Below, one piece after another: positions 1 to 10,097 of a stretch of 64,000 nt of DNA (within the stretch, counting starts at the first letter, position 1; each line of letters opens with the position of its first letter). This DNA comes from an uncultured Oscillospiraceae bacterium. GTDB taxonomy: Bacteria > Bacillota > Clostridia > Oscillospirales > Ruminococcaceae. The stretch is from contig CAZIOV010000001.1 in assembly GCA_964541045.1 (NCBI GenBank), positions 43,599 through 107,598 on the forward strand. Direction: 5' to 3'. The notes beneath the pieces are model-generated. The model made no database searches, was not told where the DNA came from, and was given only the letters and a program-made list of their open reading frames with translations. Made by a program: the position numbers and the translations under genes.

Positions 1-1727
1 CCCAGAAGATAGTTTCGGGTGATGTTCCGTTCAATATTAAGAATAAGCAGCTTTATCTTTTAGACCTTACCGCGCTCGTCGCAGGAACCCAGTTCCGCGG
101 CCAGTTTGAAAGCCGCATCAAGGGGCTTTTGCAAGAGGTCAAGAAGGAAGGAAACGTTATTTTGTTCATAGACGAGGTTCATAACCTTGTCGGAACCGGT
201 GACAGCGAAGGCACAATGAACGCCGCAAATATTCTAAAGCCTGCGCTTTCAAGGGGCGAGGTTCAGGTTATAGGTGCGACAACATTTAACGAATACCGCA
301 AGTATATAGAAAAGGATTCCGCACTTGAGCGCCGCTTCCAGCCGGTAACTGTAACCGAGCCCACGGTTGACGATACTGTTAAGGTCCTCTTTGGCATAAG
401 AAAGTATTATGAGGACTTCCACCACGTTAAAATATCTGATTCAGCGTTGAAAATGTGCGCTGTTCTATCAGAGAGATATATAAACAACCGCTATCTGCCG
501 GATAAGGCCATAGACCTTCTGGACGAAGCCTGCGCCGGGGCGAGTATCCGCAGCCCAGAGATTTCAAACGCATTAAAGCTTAAGGCTCAGCTTGAAGATG
601 ATTGCATAGCTTTGGGCAAGCTCGAGGAGGAGGAAAACCCGGATTATGAGAAGATTGCGCAAGCAAAAGCAAAAATCTCGCAAACTGAGAATGAGTATAA
701 TGCCGCCCAGGCAGAGGCTGATAAAGTAAGAGTATCTGAGTATGACCTTTCAAAGGTAATAGAGCTTTGGACCGGCATTCCCGCAAACAAGATAGTTGAA
801 ACCGAATACGCCAAGATAAGGCATCTGCATGACGCTTTGAGTGCCAAGATAATCGGACAGCCCGAGGCTGTAGACCTTGTTTGTGCGGCAATTAAAAGAA
901 CAAGAGTTCAGCTGACGTCACGCCGAAGGCCCGCATCTTTTATCTTTGTAGGCCCAACCGGCGTCGGCAAAACCGAACTTGCAAAAACTTTAGCGGCGGA
1001 GTTGTTTGACGCTACAGAGCCTCTTATCAGAATTGATATGTCCGAATACATGGAAAAGCACACTGTTTCAAGACTCATCGGTTCGCCTCCGGGCTATGTC
1101 GGATACGATGAAGCCGGGCAGCTTACTGAGAAGGTAAGAAGAAAGCCATATTCGGTCGTTCTGTTCGATGAAATCGAGAAGGCTCACCCAGACGTTATGA
1201 ATATTCTCTTGCAGATACTAGATGAGGGCAAGGTCAACGACGCTCAGGGCAGAAGCGTATCCTTTGAAAACACAGTTATTATAATGACATCAAACGCCGG
1301 CTCTACAGACAAGAGCTTTGGAATAGGCTTTGATAAGACTCAGGCTCAGATATCGAAGGAAAGGGCTATCAAGGGTCTGCGCGAATTTTTGCGCCCAGAG
1401 TTTATAAGCAGAGTTGATGAAATTGTTGTCTTTAATCCGCTTACTGAGGATAATTATGCCGATATAGCTCACCTTATGCTCGGTGAAATGACTGAGCCTT
1501 TGGCGGAAAAGTCCATAAAGTTCAGCTTCGACAGAGAAGCAGAAAAGGCTATAGCAAAGCTTGCCTACAGCGAGAAGTATGGAGCAAGAGACATTAGAAG
1601 AATCATCCGCAAGGAAGTTGAGGATAAGATAGCTAATATAATGATAGATTCAGATGATGTAAGACTTGCAGAAATCGTTGTTACAGCTGAAAATGGCAAA
1701 ATCCAAGTCAAAGGAATTGAAATGTAA
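1..1727 (+). CDS. clpC: ATP-dependent Clp protease ATP-binding subunit, ClpC-type class I AAA+ (5' end cut by window edge)
   Basis: Frame 3 is open from base 3 (QKIVSGDVPFNIKNKQLYLLDLTALVAGTQFRGQFESR...) into listed ORF 129..1727. Motifs: Walker B ILFIDEVH, ALERRFQPV, second AAA module GPTGVGKTELAK and VVLFDEIEKAH. The short middle domain fits ClpC better than ClpB. Confidence 0.85.
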   Translation, partial: QKIVSGDVPFNIKNKQLYLLDLTALVAGTQFRGQFESRIKGLLQEVKKEGNVILFIDEVHNLVGTGDSEGTMNAANILKPALSRGEVQVIGATTFNEYRKYIEKDSALERRFQPVTVTEPTVDDTVKVLFGIRKYYEDFHHVKISDSALKMCAVLSERYINNRYLPDKAIDLLDEACAGASIRSPEISNALKLKAQLEDDCIALGKLEEEENPDYEKIAQAKAKISQTENEYNAAQAEADKVRVSEYDLSKVIELWTGIPANKIVETEYAKIRHLHDALSAKIIGQPEAVDLVCAAIKRTRVQLTSRRRPASFIFVGPTGVGKTELAKTLAAELFDATEPLIRIDMSEYMEKHTVSRLIGSPPGYVGYDEAGQLTEKVRRKPYSVVLFDEIEKAHPDVMNILLQILDEGKVNDAQGRSVSFENTVIIMTSNAGSTDKSFGIGFDKTQAQISKERAIKGLREFLRPEFISRVDEIVVFNPLTEDNYADIAHLMLGEMTEPLAEKSIKFSFDREAEKAIAKLAYSEKYGARDIRRIIRKEVEDKIANIMIDSDDVRLAEIVVTAENGKIQVKGIEM

Positions 1728-1755
1728 ATTTTTTGTGAATTTTTTGCTGTAGCTG

Positions 1756-1784
1756 TTGCAATACCTATTGTAATATGGTATATT
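1756..1784 (+). promoter_or_regulatory. Sigma-A type promoter candidate for the rplU operon
   Basis: TTGCAA (1756-1761), 17-nt spacer, TATATT (1779-1784), preceded by TGG (extended -10-like). Confidence 0.45.
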
Positions 1785-1790
1785 TTTTAA

Positions 1791-1897
1791 GCCGCTTGTG
1801 TTCGGCAGACAAGCCGGGTTTTTCCGAATGCAGATTTTTGGGGCAATCCGCGCCGAAGCGCAGCGAGTTTTATAGTAAAGGCAGGTGCCAGCTTATA
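1791..1897 (+). promoter_or_regulatory. rplU 5' leader with terminator-like hairpin (candidate ribosomal-protein L21 leader)
   Basis: About 105 nt lies between the promoter and the rplU ATG. Hairpin ccgcttgt-gttcggcag-acaagccgg is followed by gttttt. A second GC hairpin is gcgc-cgaa-gcgc. An L21 leader family is known upstream of rplU in Firmicutes. Confidence 0.35.
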
Positions 1898-2212
1898 ATG
1901 TATGCAGTAATTGAAACAGGCGGAAAGCAGTATCAGGTAAGAGAAGGCGATATAGTTTTCATTGAAAAGCTTGATGTTGCCGCTGAAGAAAACGTAACCT
2001 TCGATAAGGTAATCGTTTACTCGGATGGTGAAAATACCACTGTGGGCGCTCCCTATGTTGCAGGCGCAGTTGTTGAGGCTAAGGTTCTTAAAAACGGTAA
2101 GGGAAAGAAGATAACCGTTTTTACCTACAAGCCCAAGAAGCCCTCCACTCACAAGAAGCAGGGTCACAGGCAGCCGTATACTCAGGTAAGAATTGAAGCA
2201 ATCAAAGGCTAA
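1898..2212 (+). CDS. rplU: 50S ribosomal protein L21
   Basis: [18 protein letters not shown]... is the canonical L21 N-terminus. The internal ATG at 1898 was chosen over the longer ORF start at 1775. Confidence 0.93.
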   Translation: MYAVIETGGKQYQVREGDIVFIEKLDVAAEENVTFDKVIVYSDGENTTVGAPYVAGAVVEAKVLKNGKGKKITVFTYKPKKPSTHKKQGHRQPYTQVRIEAIKG

Positions 2213-2538
2213 TGATTACCGCTTCATTCAAAATGACGGAAAACGGAAAAAGCATTAAAGGCTTTTCTGTTGTAGGTCATTCGGGCTATGCTGATGTGGG
2301 GAACGATATTGTTTGTGCAAGCGTTTCCTCAGCGGTTATGCTTACAGTCAATACAGCAACAGTGTATTTCGGGATTGACCTTGATTTAAAGGTTGACGAA
2401 GGCGATATTCGCTGCGAGGTAAAGGAAATCAGCGAAAATTCGGACAGGCTTTTAAATAGCTTAAAAGCTCACTTGTTCGAAGTTTCTGGAGAGTTTCCGA
2501 ACAATTTAAAAGTAACATATCGGAGGTGCGATAAATGA
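2212..2538 (+). CDS. prp: Ribosomal-processing cysteine protease Prp
   Basis: Sits between rplU and rpm[19 protein letters not shown] contains the His/Cys dyad of Prp (YsxB family). ATGA overlap with the rplU stop. Confidence 0.85.
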   Translation: MITASFKMTENGKSIKGFSVVGHSGYADVGNDIVCASVSSAVMLTVNTATVYFGIDLDLKVDEGDIRCEVKEISENSDRLLNSLKAHLFEVSGEFPNNLKVTYRRCDK

Positions 2539-2819
2539 TGTTAAGAATCAGTATGCAGTTCTTCGCCCATAAAAAGGGTGTAAGTTCTACTAAGAACGGC
2601 CGTGATTCCGAATCTAAGAGACTTGGTGCCAAGAGGGCTGACGGTCAGTTTGTTCTCGCAGGCAACATCCTATACCGTCAGAGAGGAACCCATATCCATC
2701 CCGGCGAAAATGTCGGCATTGGCTCTGACGATACTTTGTTCTCAAAGATCGACGGAGTTGTAAGATTTGAAAGAATGGGACGCGACAGAAAGAAAGTCAG
2801 CGTTTATCCCGCTAAATAA
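2535..2819 (+). CDS. rpmA: 50S ribosomal protein L27 (with Prp-cleaved N-terminal extension)
   Basis: [43 protein letters not shown] 8 nt upstream. Confidence 0.93.
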   Translation: MMLRISMQFFAHKKGVSSTKNGRDSESKRLGAKRADGQFVLAGNILYRQRGTHIHPGENVGIGSDDTLFSKIDGVVRFERMGRDRKKVSVYPAK

Positions 2820-2834
2820 TCGAAGGTTTTTTGA

Positions 2835-4171
<1,337 letters not shown>

Positions 4172-4269
4172 GACAATACGTCCAAAATTAGGACGCTACG
4201 TTCCGAGCTTAGGAGGGGATATTAACGGCCGTTGAACTTGACAAACAAACTGTAAGCCAATACAGTCCT

Positions 4270-4623
4270 TTGGCTCTTGCATTCCTTGGCGACAGTGTTT
4301 ATGAGCAGCTGGTACGTGAAAGACTCATTCTTTGCGGCAATATGCCTGCCGGAAAGCTCCATTCATTGGCAGTTAATTATGTTTGCTGCGAGTTTCAGTC
4401 ATCTGCGTGTGGCATGATATCACAGGATCTGACAGAAGAAGAACAGGATGTTATGCGAAGAGGAAGAAATTCAAGCGGAATTACCCCGCCTAAGCATTCA
4501 AAGGTTGCTGAATATCGCAGAGCGACATCGCTGGAGTGTCTTTTTGGTTATCTGTATTTGCTGGGAAGAAAAGAAAGAATTGAAGAACTGTTTAAAAAAA
4601 TATGGGAAACGGTTGAAATTTAA
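4270..4623 (+). CDS. mrnC: Mini-ribonuclease 3
   Basis: LAFLGDSVYEQLVRERL... and SLECLFGYLYLLG are Mini-III signatures. The frame is open back to 4213 behind an AGGAGGGG RBS, so the true (possibly non-canonical) start may lie upstream of the TTG at 4270. Confidence 0.75.
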   Translation: MALAFLGDSVYEQLVRERLILCGNMPAGKLHSLAVNYVCCEFQSSACGMISQDLTEEEQDVMRRGRNSSGITPPKHSKVAEYRRATSLECLFGYLYLLGRKERIEELFKKIWETVEI

Positions 4624-4673
4624 GCGCTAATAAGTTATAATATATGTAACAATAATTTATAAGGGAGATTTTT

Positions 4674-5423
4674 ATGTCAGGACATTCTAAGTGGAATAAC
4701 ATCAAGCGCAAAAAGGAAGCGGCGGACGGCGCAAAGGCCAAGATTTTTACAAGAATAGGCAGAGAGATTTCTGTCTGCGTTAAGGAAGGCGGACCGGACC
4801 CTGCGTCTAACTCCAAACTGAAGGATCTTATTTCAAAGGCAAAGGCTAATAACGTCCCTAACGATAATATTGACAGAATAATTAAGAAGGCCGCCGGCGA
4901 AAGCGACAAGAACAGTTACGAAACCATGGTCTATGAAGGCTATGGCCCAGGCGGCGTTGCAGTTATAGTTGAGTGCTTGACGGACAACAAAAACAGAACC
5001 GCCGGAGATGTAAGGCACTACTTTGATAAGTTTGGCGGCAACCTTGGAACAACAGGATGCGTATCATTCATGTTCACAAGAAAGGGCGTAATCGTTCTTG
5101 AAAACAATGGATGCGACGAGGATAAGCTTATGGAAGACTGCTTTGAGGCGGGAGCTAACGATTTTAACATCGAGGACGAGGCAATTGAAGTTACTGCTGA
5201 GCCAAACTATGTATATAAGATTGCTGAAACTCTAAAGGGCATGGGCTACACTGTTCTTTCGGCTGAAGACACTATGATACCGTCTACATACACAACGCTT
5301 ACAGATGAAAACCAGTTGAAATTTATGAACCTGCTTTTAGAGGCTCTTGATGATAACGATGATGTTCAGCAGGTATACCATAACTGGGATATGTCAGAGG
5401 AGCCTGAAGAGGATGAATGCTAA
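4674..5423 (+). CDS. yebC: YebC/PmpR family DNA-binding transcriptional regulator
   Basis: MSGHSKWNNIKRKKEAADGAKAKIFTRIGREI is the hallmark N-terminus. Confidence 0.92.
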   Translation: MSGHSKWNNIKRKKEAADGAKAKIFTRIGREISVCVKEGGPDPASNSKLKDLISKAKANNVPNDNIDRIIKKAAGESDKNSYETMVYEGYGPGGVAVIVECLTDNKNRTAGDVRHYFDKFGGNLGTTGCVSFMFTRKGVIVLENNGCDEDKLMEDCFEAGANDFNIEDEAIEVTAEPNYVYKIAETLKGMGYTVLSAEDTMIPSTYTTLTDENQLKFMNLLLEALDDNDDVQQVYHNWDMSEEPEEDEC

Positions 5424-5486
5424 TTCCGAATAAAAGTGTATATTGTTTGCCTAGGCAACCGAGTTGATTAGGCAGAGACCACATAG

Positions 5487-5585
5487 AATCTTCGTAAAAA
5501 TGCTATACTATGGGCTTTACGGCGATTCAACGACTATGCATGGTTGTACAAGGTACGATCACGACTAAGTTTTGGTCTTGACACT
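5487..5585 (+). repeat. Diverged copy C of the intergenic repeat family (see 8234, 10098, 14684)
   Basis: Shares aatcttcgt, gctatactatgggcttt (versus gctgtacgatgggatttt) and gattcaacgactatgcatggttgtaca (versus gaccatacatggtctgtaca). Shares aagttttggtcttgac with copy D. Confidence 0.6.
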
Positions 5586-5664
5586 TTTTAATGCGAAATA
5601 AGATCACTTTCTACTAATTCGATAGTTTTATTTCACATTTGTCTTATTATTTTGTGCATTTTTA

Positions 5665-5707
5665 AAAGCACTCGATAAATTTCAAATTATCGGGTGCTTT
5701 ACTTTGT
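5665..5707 (+). terminator. Rho-independent terminator with no CDS immediately upstream
   Basis: aaagcactcgataa (5665-5678) pairs with ttatcgggtgcttt (5687-5700) with one G-U pair, then a T-rich tail. It lies about 280 nt after the yebC stop. Confidence 0.6.
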
Positions 5708-5851
5708 TATAAATTACAGAATATAGCGAAAAATATCACAAACTTATTGAGCAGAATGTCAAATTTGATTTTGCACGCTACTTTGATAAAGCAATTTGCC
5801 TTTAAAGCTTTTTTGAGATACAATATAGAAAACAAGAAGGGGGTAATACCA

Positions 5852-6535
5852 ATGAAAAACAAAAAACTTATATCCGTTATTTCTGTCGGATTGATGGCTG
5901 CACTGGTATTCGTTGGAAATTATATCCAGATAAAGATACCAAACGGTGTGCTGATAACTCGCATTCACTTCGGCAACTCGATGTGCCTGCTATCAGGACT
6001 TCTTCTTGGAGGACTTGGCGGAGGCCTTGCCTCAGGAATAGGCGCGGCGCTTTATGACCTTTTAGATCCTGTATATATAATCTCGGCGCCATTCACCTTC
6101 CTGTCAAAATTTGCGATGGGATTTTTGTGCGGAGTTCTTGCTTCAAACCTTAAAGGCGAAAAGAAGACAAACAAGGTTGTTTTTGGAATTACCCTCAGTT
6201 CTATTGTAGGGCAGCTCGCATATATATTTATGTATTTGTCCAAAACATATATTGGTCAAATCTTGTTGGGGGCAGCCCAGGAAACAGCCCTTTCCGCAAC
6301 GGCAACAAATGCCATAACCTCGTCGGTAAATGCTGTTATAGCCGTTGTTGTTTCGGTTCCACTGTTCTTTGCTCTGCGTGTACCTCTTAAATCTACAGCG
6401 ATCGGTGCAGTGCTGTTTGAAGATAACGGAAAGAAAAAAATCAACTGGGCTGTATGGATTCCGGCTGTAATAGGATTCCTTGCTATATCCTTTGCTACAA
6501 TTTGGTTCTATGCTGAATATAAGAAATCTCACTGA
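5852..6535 (+). CDS. Multi-pass membrane protein, ECF-transporter S-component-like (substrate unknown)
   Basis: MKNKKLISVISVGLMAALVFVGNYIQIKIP... has about 6 hydrophobic segments and glycine-rich helices (LLLGGLGGGLASGIGAALYDLL). GGGGG RBS precedes the ATG at 5852. The family assignment is by resemblance only. Confidence 0.45.
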   Translation: MKNKKLISVISVGLMAALVFVGNYIQIKIPNGVLITRIHFGNSMCLLSGLLLGGLGGGLASGIGAALYDLLDPVYIISAPFTFLSKFAMGFLCGVLASNLKGEKKTNKVVFGITLSSIVGQLAYIFMYLSKTYIGQILLGAAQETALSATATNAITSSVNAVIAVVVSVPLFFALRVPLKSTAIGAVLFEDNGKKKINWAVWIPAVIGFLAISFATIWFYAEYKKSH

Positions 6536-6581
6536 TGATATTCCATGGATTGATTTTTTAATGAATATGTGATAAAATAGC

Positions 6582-6620
6582 CGCAGGCAGGGAGTTCTCC
6601 CCCTGTACTGCGACTTTTTA
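6582..6620 (+). terminator. Terminator after the S-component-like gene
   Basis: cgcaggcagggag-ttct-ccccctgtactgcg forms an imperfect hairpin, followed by acttttta. Confidence 0.45.
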
Positions 6621-6633
6621 TGGAGATGCAAAT

Positions 6634-7602
6634 ATGGAATGGAAAGAATTAAAAATATACACTTCTCATGAGGGGATCGACACACTTTCAAACGCTTTGA
6701 TAATGAATGGCATAGATGGCTTTGTTATTAACGACCCGGAGGATGTAAAAGAATTTGAGCGAAATAAAAAATCCTCGTGGGACTATATCGGAGAGGAAGT
6801 ATATGAGCTTGTTTGCAAGGGCACTTTCATAACTGTATATATTTCGGACGATGAATCGGGTACCTCACAGCTCGAAGCAGTTTTAAATGCTGTTCAGCTG
6901 TTGAAAAGCAGTAACATCACCGGTGCATATGGTGAACTCAATATATCCTGCGAAAGCGTCAAAGAAGAGGATTGGGCTAACAGTTGGAAGCAGTATTTCA
7001 AGCCGCTGAATGTAGGAGAACGTCTTATAATAAAGCCTTCGTGGGAGACTTTGCCTGAGGATAACAAGCGTATAGTACTTGAAATAGACCCCGAAACAAG
7101 CTTTGGAACTGGCAGACATCATACTACCCGCCTTTGCCTTGAACTATTGGAAAAATATATAAAGCCGGGCGATACTGTTTGCGATATTGGATGTGGAAGC
7201 GGTATTATTTCGATTGCAGCAATGCTCTATGGCGCAAAAAACGCTGTTGCAGTTGACATCTCGCCAGATGCAGAAAAAATTTCCCGGGAAAACGCTGCTA
7301 AGAACGGGATACCATCGAATAAATATATCTCGTACTGCGGCGATGTTGTGACCGATGAAGCTCTTCGCCGAAAAATCGGCAAAGGTTATACATTGGTGGC
7401 GGCAAATATTGTAGCAGATGTTTTGCTTTCTATGAAGGAAGTATTTGCTGAAATAACTGCCTCCGGCGGAACTCTTGTCCTTTCAGGCATAATCGACGGC
7501 AGATTTGAAGAAGTTACAGAAGTTGTGAAGCTAAACGGCTTCACACTTGTTGAATCGTGCAACTGTGAGATGTGGAATGCCGCAGTATTCGTAAAGTCAT
7601 GA
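6634..7602 (+). CDS. prmA: Ribosomal protein L11 methyltransferase
   Basis: MEWKELKIYTSHEG..., FGTGRHHTTRLCLELLE, SAM motif DIGCGSGIISIAA. Confidence 0.92.
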   Translation: MEWKELKIYTSHEGIDTLSNALIMNGIDGFVINDPEDVKEFERNKKSSWDYIGEEVYELVCKGTFITVYISDDESGTSQLEAVLNAVQLLKSSNITGAYGELNISCESVKEEDWANSWKQYFKPLNVGERLIIKPSWETLPEDNKRIVLEIDPETSFGTGRHHTTRLCLELLEKYIKPGDTVCDIGCGSGIISIAAMLYGAKNAVAVDISPDAEKISRENAAKNGIPSNKYISYCGDVVTDEALRRKIGKGYTLVAANIVADVLLSMKEVFAEITASGGTLVLSGIIDGRFEEVTEVVKLNGFTLVESCNCEMWNAAVFVKS

Positions 7603-8255
7603 ATCCTGTTGAAATTGTTTATGATGATGCACACATTTGCGTTGCCTGTAAGCCGCAGGGTATCGATTCGGAGCATTCACTTATAAATACGCTTTCAAAA
7701 CAGCTCGGCTGTTATATTTACCCTGTTCACCGATTGGATAAGGACGCCGGAGGGCTGATTTTGCTTGCTAAAACAAAGCAATCAGCATCAAAACTTTCTG
7801 ATTCAATTCAAAGAGGGGAGCTTGAAAAGCAGTATTTGGCAGTCGTTATCGGCTCGCCGATAAATTCAACCGACACGTTTGAGGATTATTTGTATCACGA
7901 CAGGCAGAGGAATAAATCGTATGCAGTCAAATCGTCTCGTAAAGGCGTCAAGCTTGCTAGGCTTGAATATGTATCTGTTGGGTCATGCGCTTTTGACGGA
8001 ACTGCCATTTCGCTTGTTAAGATAAGGTTGTTCACCGGAAGAACTCATCAGATAAGAGTACAGTTTGCTTCACGTGGGTTCCCTTTGCTTGGCGACGTTA
8101 AGTACGGAGGAAAGAAGGATGGAATAAAGCTTTCACTTTGGTCATATTTGATTGGTTTCAGGCATCCCACAAACGGACAAATGCTTGAATTTAAGCTGTT
8201 GCCTTCGGATCAGTTTCCATGGAATGCGTTTAATACTAATCTTCGTCTGAAATGA
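7599..8255 (+). CDS. RluA-family pseudouridine synthase
   Basis: ACKPQGI, catalytic HRLDKDAGGLILLAK, GRTHQIRVQFA. ATGA overlap with the prmA stop. The last five codons and the stop lie inside repeat copy A. Confidence 0.85.
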   Translation: MNPVEIVYDDAHICVACKPQGIDSEHSLINTLSKQLGCYIYPVHRLDKDAGGLILLAKTKQSASKLSDSIQRGELEKQYLAVVIGSPINSTDTFEDYLYHDRQRNKSYAVKSSRKGVKLARLEYVSVGSCAFDGTAISLVKIRLFTGRTHQIRVQFASRGFPLLGDVKYGGKKDGIKLSLWSYLIGFRHPTNGQMLEFKLLPSDQFPWNAFNTNLRLK

Positions 8256-8372
8256 AAGCAAAAAAATCAGGCGCAAAACCGCTGTACGATGGGATTTTGC
8301 AGCCAATTTTGCACCCAATTTTTTGACCATACATGGTCTGTACATTTCTAGACGAATATAATTATAAACGAG
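8234..8372 (+). repeat. Copy A of an approximately 135-nt intergenic repeat with terminal inverted repeats
   Basis: Shares identical runs with 14684-14820: cttcgtctgaaatgaaagcaaaaaa (25 nt) and tgaccatacatggtctgtacatttctagac (30 nt). TIR is ttcgtctgaaatg (8242-8254) versus catttctagacgaa (8343-8356). Palindrome gaccatacatggtc at 8325-8338. Confidence 0.85.
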
Positions 8373-8406
8373 AAAACCCGCACGTAAAAAACTGCGTGCG
8401 GGTTTT
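8373..8406. terminator. Bidirectional rho-independent terminator between the convergent rluA-family gene and cls
   Basis: aaaacccgcacg (8373-8384) pairs with cgtgcgggtttt (8395-8406). An A-tract on one side and a T-tract on the other. Confidence 0.75.
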
Positions 8407-8526
8407 AAATGCAGCTCATTGACTTATTCTGTTTGAATAGGCTCTTAAGTGCCAAAAAGCGGTGCAAATCCATCATGCATAGATTTGGCACCGTTTGTCC
8501 GTGTTTTGTTAAGGCAAAAATCAGTA

Positions 8527-10053
8527 TTACATGAGAGGGGAGAATACTTTAAGTATAGCCTGGAGCAAAGCGTACGGTGCTCCTTTTTTGTTTAACTGCT
8601 CTATCGTAATCTCTTGAGATTTTTCCATTGTTTCTAAGAAGTCGGTTTCGACTTCTTTAATGCACTTGGATTTATACGCCAAAATGCAGTTTTCAAAGTG
8701 AAGATAAAAGCTGCGGAAATCAAAATTTGCCGTTCCCACTACGCATATTTTGCCGTCTGCGGCTATAGATTTAGCATGAATAAATCCTGGAGTGTACTCA
8801 TAAATTCTTACACCGGAGCATAGAAGCGCGCGGTAATTCGACCGTGTAACTGCAAAAACCATTTTTTTATCCGGAATATGAGGAGTTATTATTCTAACGT
8901 CAACTCCACTCATGGCGGCATGGGTAAGTGCAGTAGTCATTTCATTGTCTAATATAAGGTATGGAGTGGTGATATAAAGGTTTTTTGTTGCGCTGTTTAT
9001 AATGCCTAAATATGCAAGCTCGCATATCAGCTGGTCGTTTGAAGGACCGTCTGCATACGGCTGAATGTATCCATCTGATTCGCACTCCATGTCACCGATA
9101 TAGTCACCGTAATCAACTTTGGATTCCCCTCGGGAAAAGTGCCAAAGCTGCAAAAATGTCTCTGTCATTTTGGTAACAGCTTCGCCCTTTATCATAATAC
9201 CCGTATCCTTCCAGTGGCCGAACCGTTCGACTACGTTAATATACTCGTCGGCAAGGTTTATTCCACCGGTGAAGGCTGTGTTTCCGTCAATAACAAGTAT
9301 TTTTCTGTGGTCGCGGTAATTTAGAAAAGTGTCAAGCGATGGACGAAGGCGATTAAATACAGAAACGCTTATTCCAAGCCCTTCGAGGTATCTGTCATAG
9401 CCCTTTGGCAGCTTCTGCACAGTTCCCATGTCGTCGTACATAAGACGAACTTCTACTCCCTCGGCAATTTTAGCCTTGAGTATATCCAAAACGTCGCCGA
9501 ACATTTTGCCCTGTTCAATAATAAAATACTCCATGAAAATAAATTTTTCAGCCTTGTTAAGCTCTCGTATTATTGCGCTGAAGAATTCTTCGCCGGAAGC
9601 AAAGTATTTTGCGGATGTGTTTTTGTATACCGGGGCGTAGGCTGTCTTTCTGATGTATTTCATCTGCCGGGCTATTTCAGGATCTTCCGATTCAATTTTA
9701 CTGATACTGTCTCCAGCGGAACTCATTGCATTGCGCATCATCAGACGATAGCTTTTAAAACGCTTTCCAATGCGATAATTCTGCTTTGATTTGGCGAAAA
9801 TAAGATAAAGCGGTGCTCCCCAGATCGGAAAAATCAGTACAGCTATAATCCATGTCAGCTTGAATGAGGGATTCATATCCTCATTTGCTATATCAAGCAC
9901 TATGATAATGGAAATGACCGTTGTTATGGCATAATACCAAACGAATTTATTCGCCAAAGAAATGATGAAATAAAACAATACCGCAAGCTGGATAAAAGCA
10001 AGCAGAGCTGTAATAAAAATTTTAGATTGAAGCAGCTTAAATATCTTTCTCAA
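8527..10053 (-). CDS. cls: Cardiolipin synthase
   Basis: Two N-terminal TM helices and two HKD motifs (HRKILVIDG..., HAKSIAADG...). The TTG at 10053 follows GGGAGGTG. The ATG at 10125 has no RBS, and the extra 24 codons are a translation of repeat copy D. Confidence 0.88.
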   Translation of the reverse strand: MRKIFKLLQSKIFITALLAFIQLAVLFYFIISLANKFVWYYAITTVISIIIVLDIANEDMNPSFKLTWIIAVLIFPIWGAPLYLIFAKSKQNYRIGKRFKSYRLMMRNAMSSAGDSISKIESEDPEIARQMKYIRKTAYAPVYKNTSAKYFASGEEFFSAIIRELNKAEKFIFMEYFIIEQGKMFGDVLDILKAKIAEGVEVRLMYDDMGTVQKLPKGYDRYLEGLGISVSVFNRLRPSLDTFLNYRDHRKILVIDGNTAFTGGINLADEYINVVERFGHWKDTGIMIKGEAVTKMTETFLQLWHFSRGESKVDYGDYIGDMECESDGYIQPYADGPSNDQLICELAYLGIINSATKNLYITTPYLILDNEMTTALTHAAMSGVDVRIITPHIPDKKMVFAVTRSNYRALLCSGVRIYEYTPGFIHAKSIAADGKICVVGTANFDFRSFYLHFENCILAYKSKCIKEVETDFLETMEKSQEITIEQLNKKGAPYALLQAILKVFSPLM

Positions 10054-10097
10054 TACTCTGGCACCTCCCGGGAGCTTATACTTATTCCGCGTTAAAA

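Noticed and set aside
5516-5705. 6S RNA or another known housekeeping sRNA in the yebC downstream spacer.
   Set aside because: The 5' and 3' ends do not pair into the long closing helix with a central bubble expected for 6S RNA. No tmRNA, SRP or RNase P signatures are present either.
6143-6691. 182-aa minus-strand ORF.
   Set aside because: It is antisense to the S-component-like gene and the prmA start. Its composition is Cys/Arg-rich and it has no RBS.
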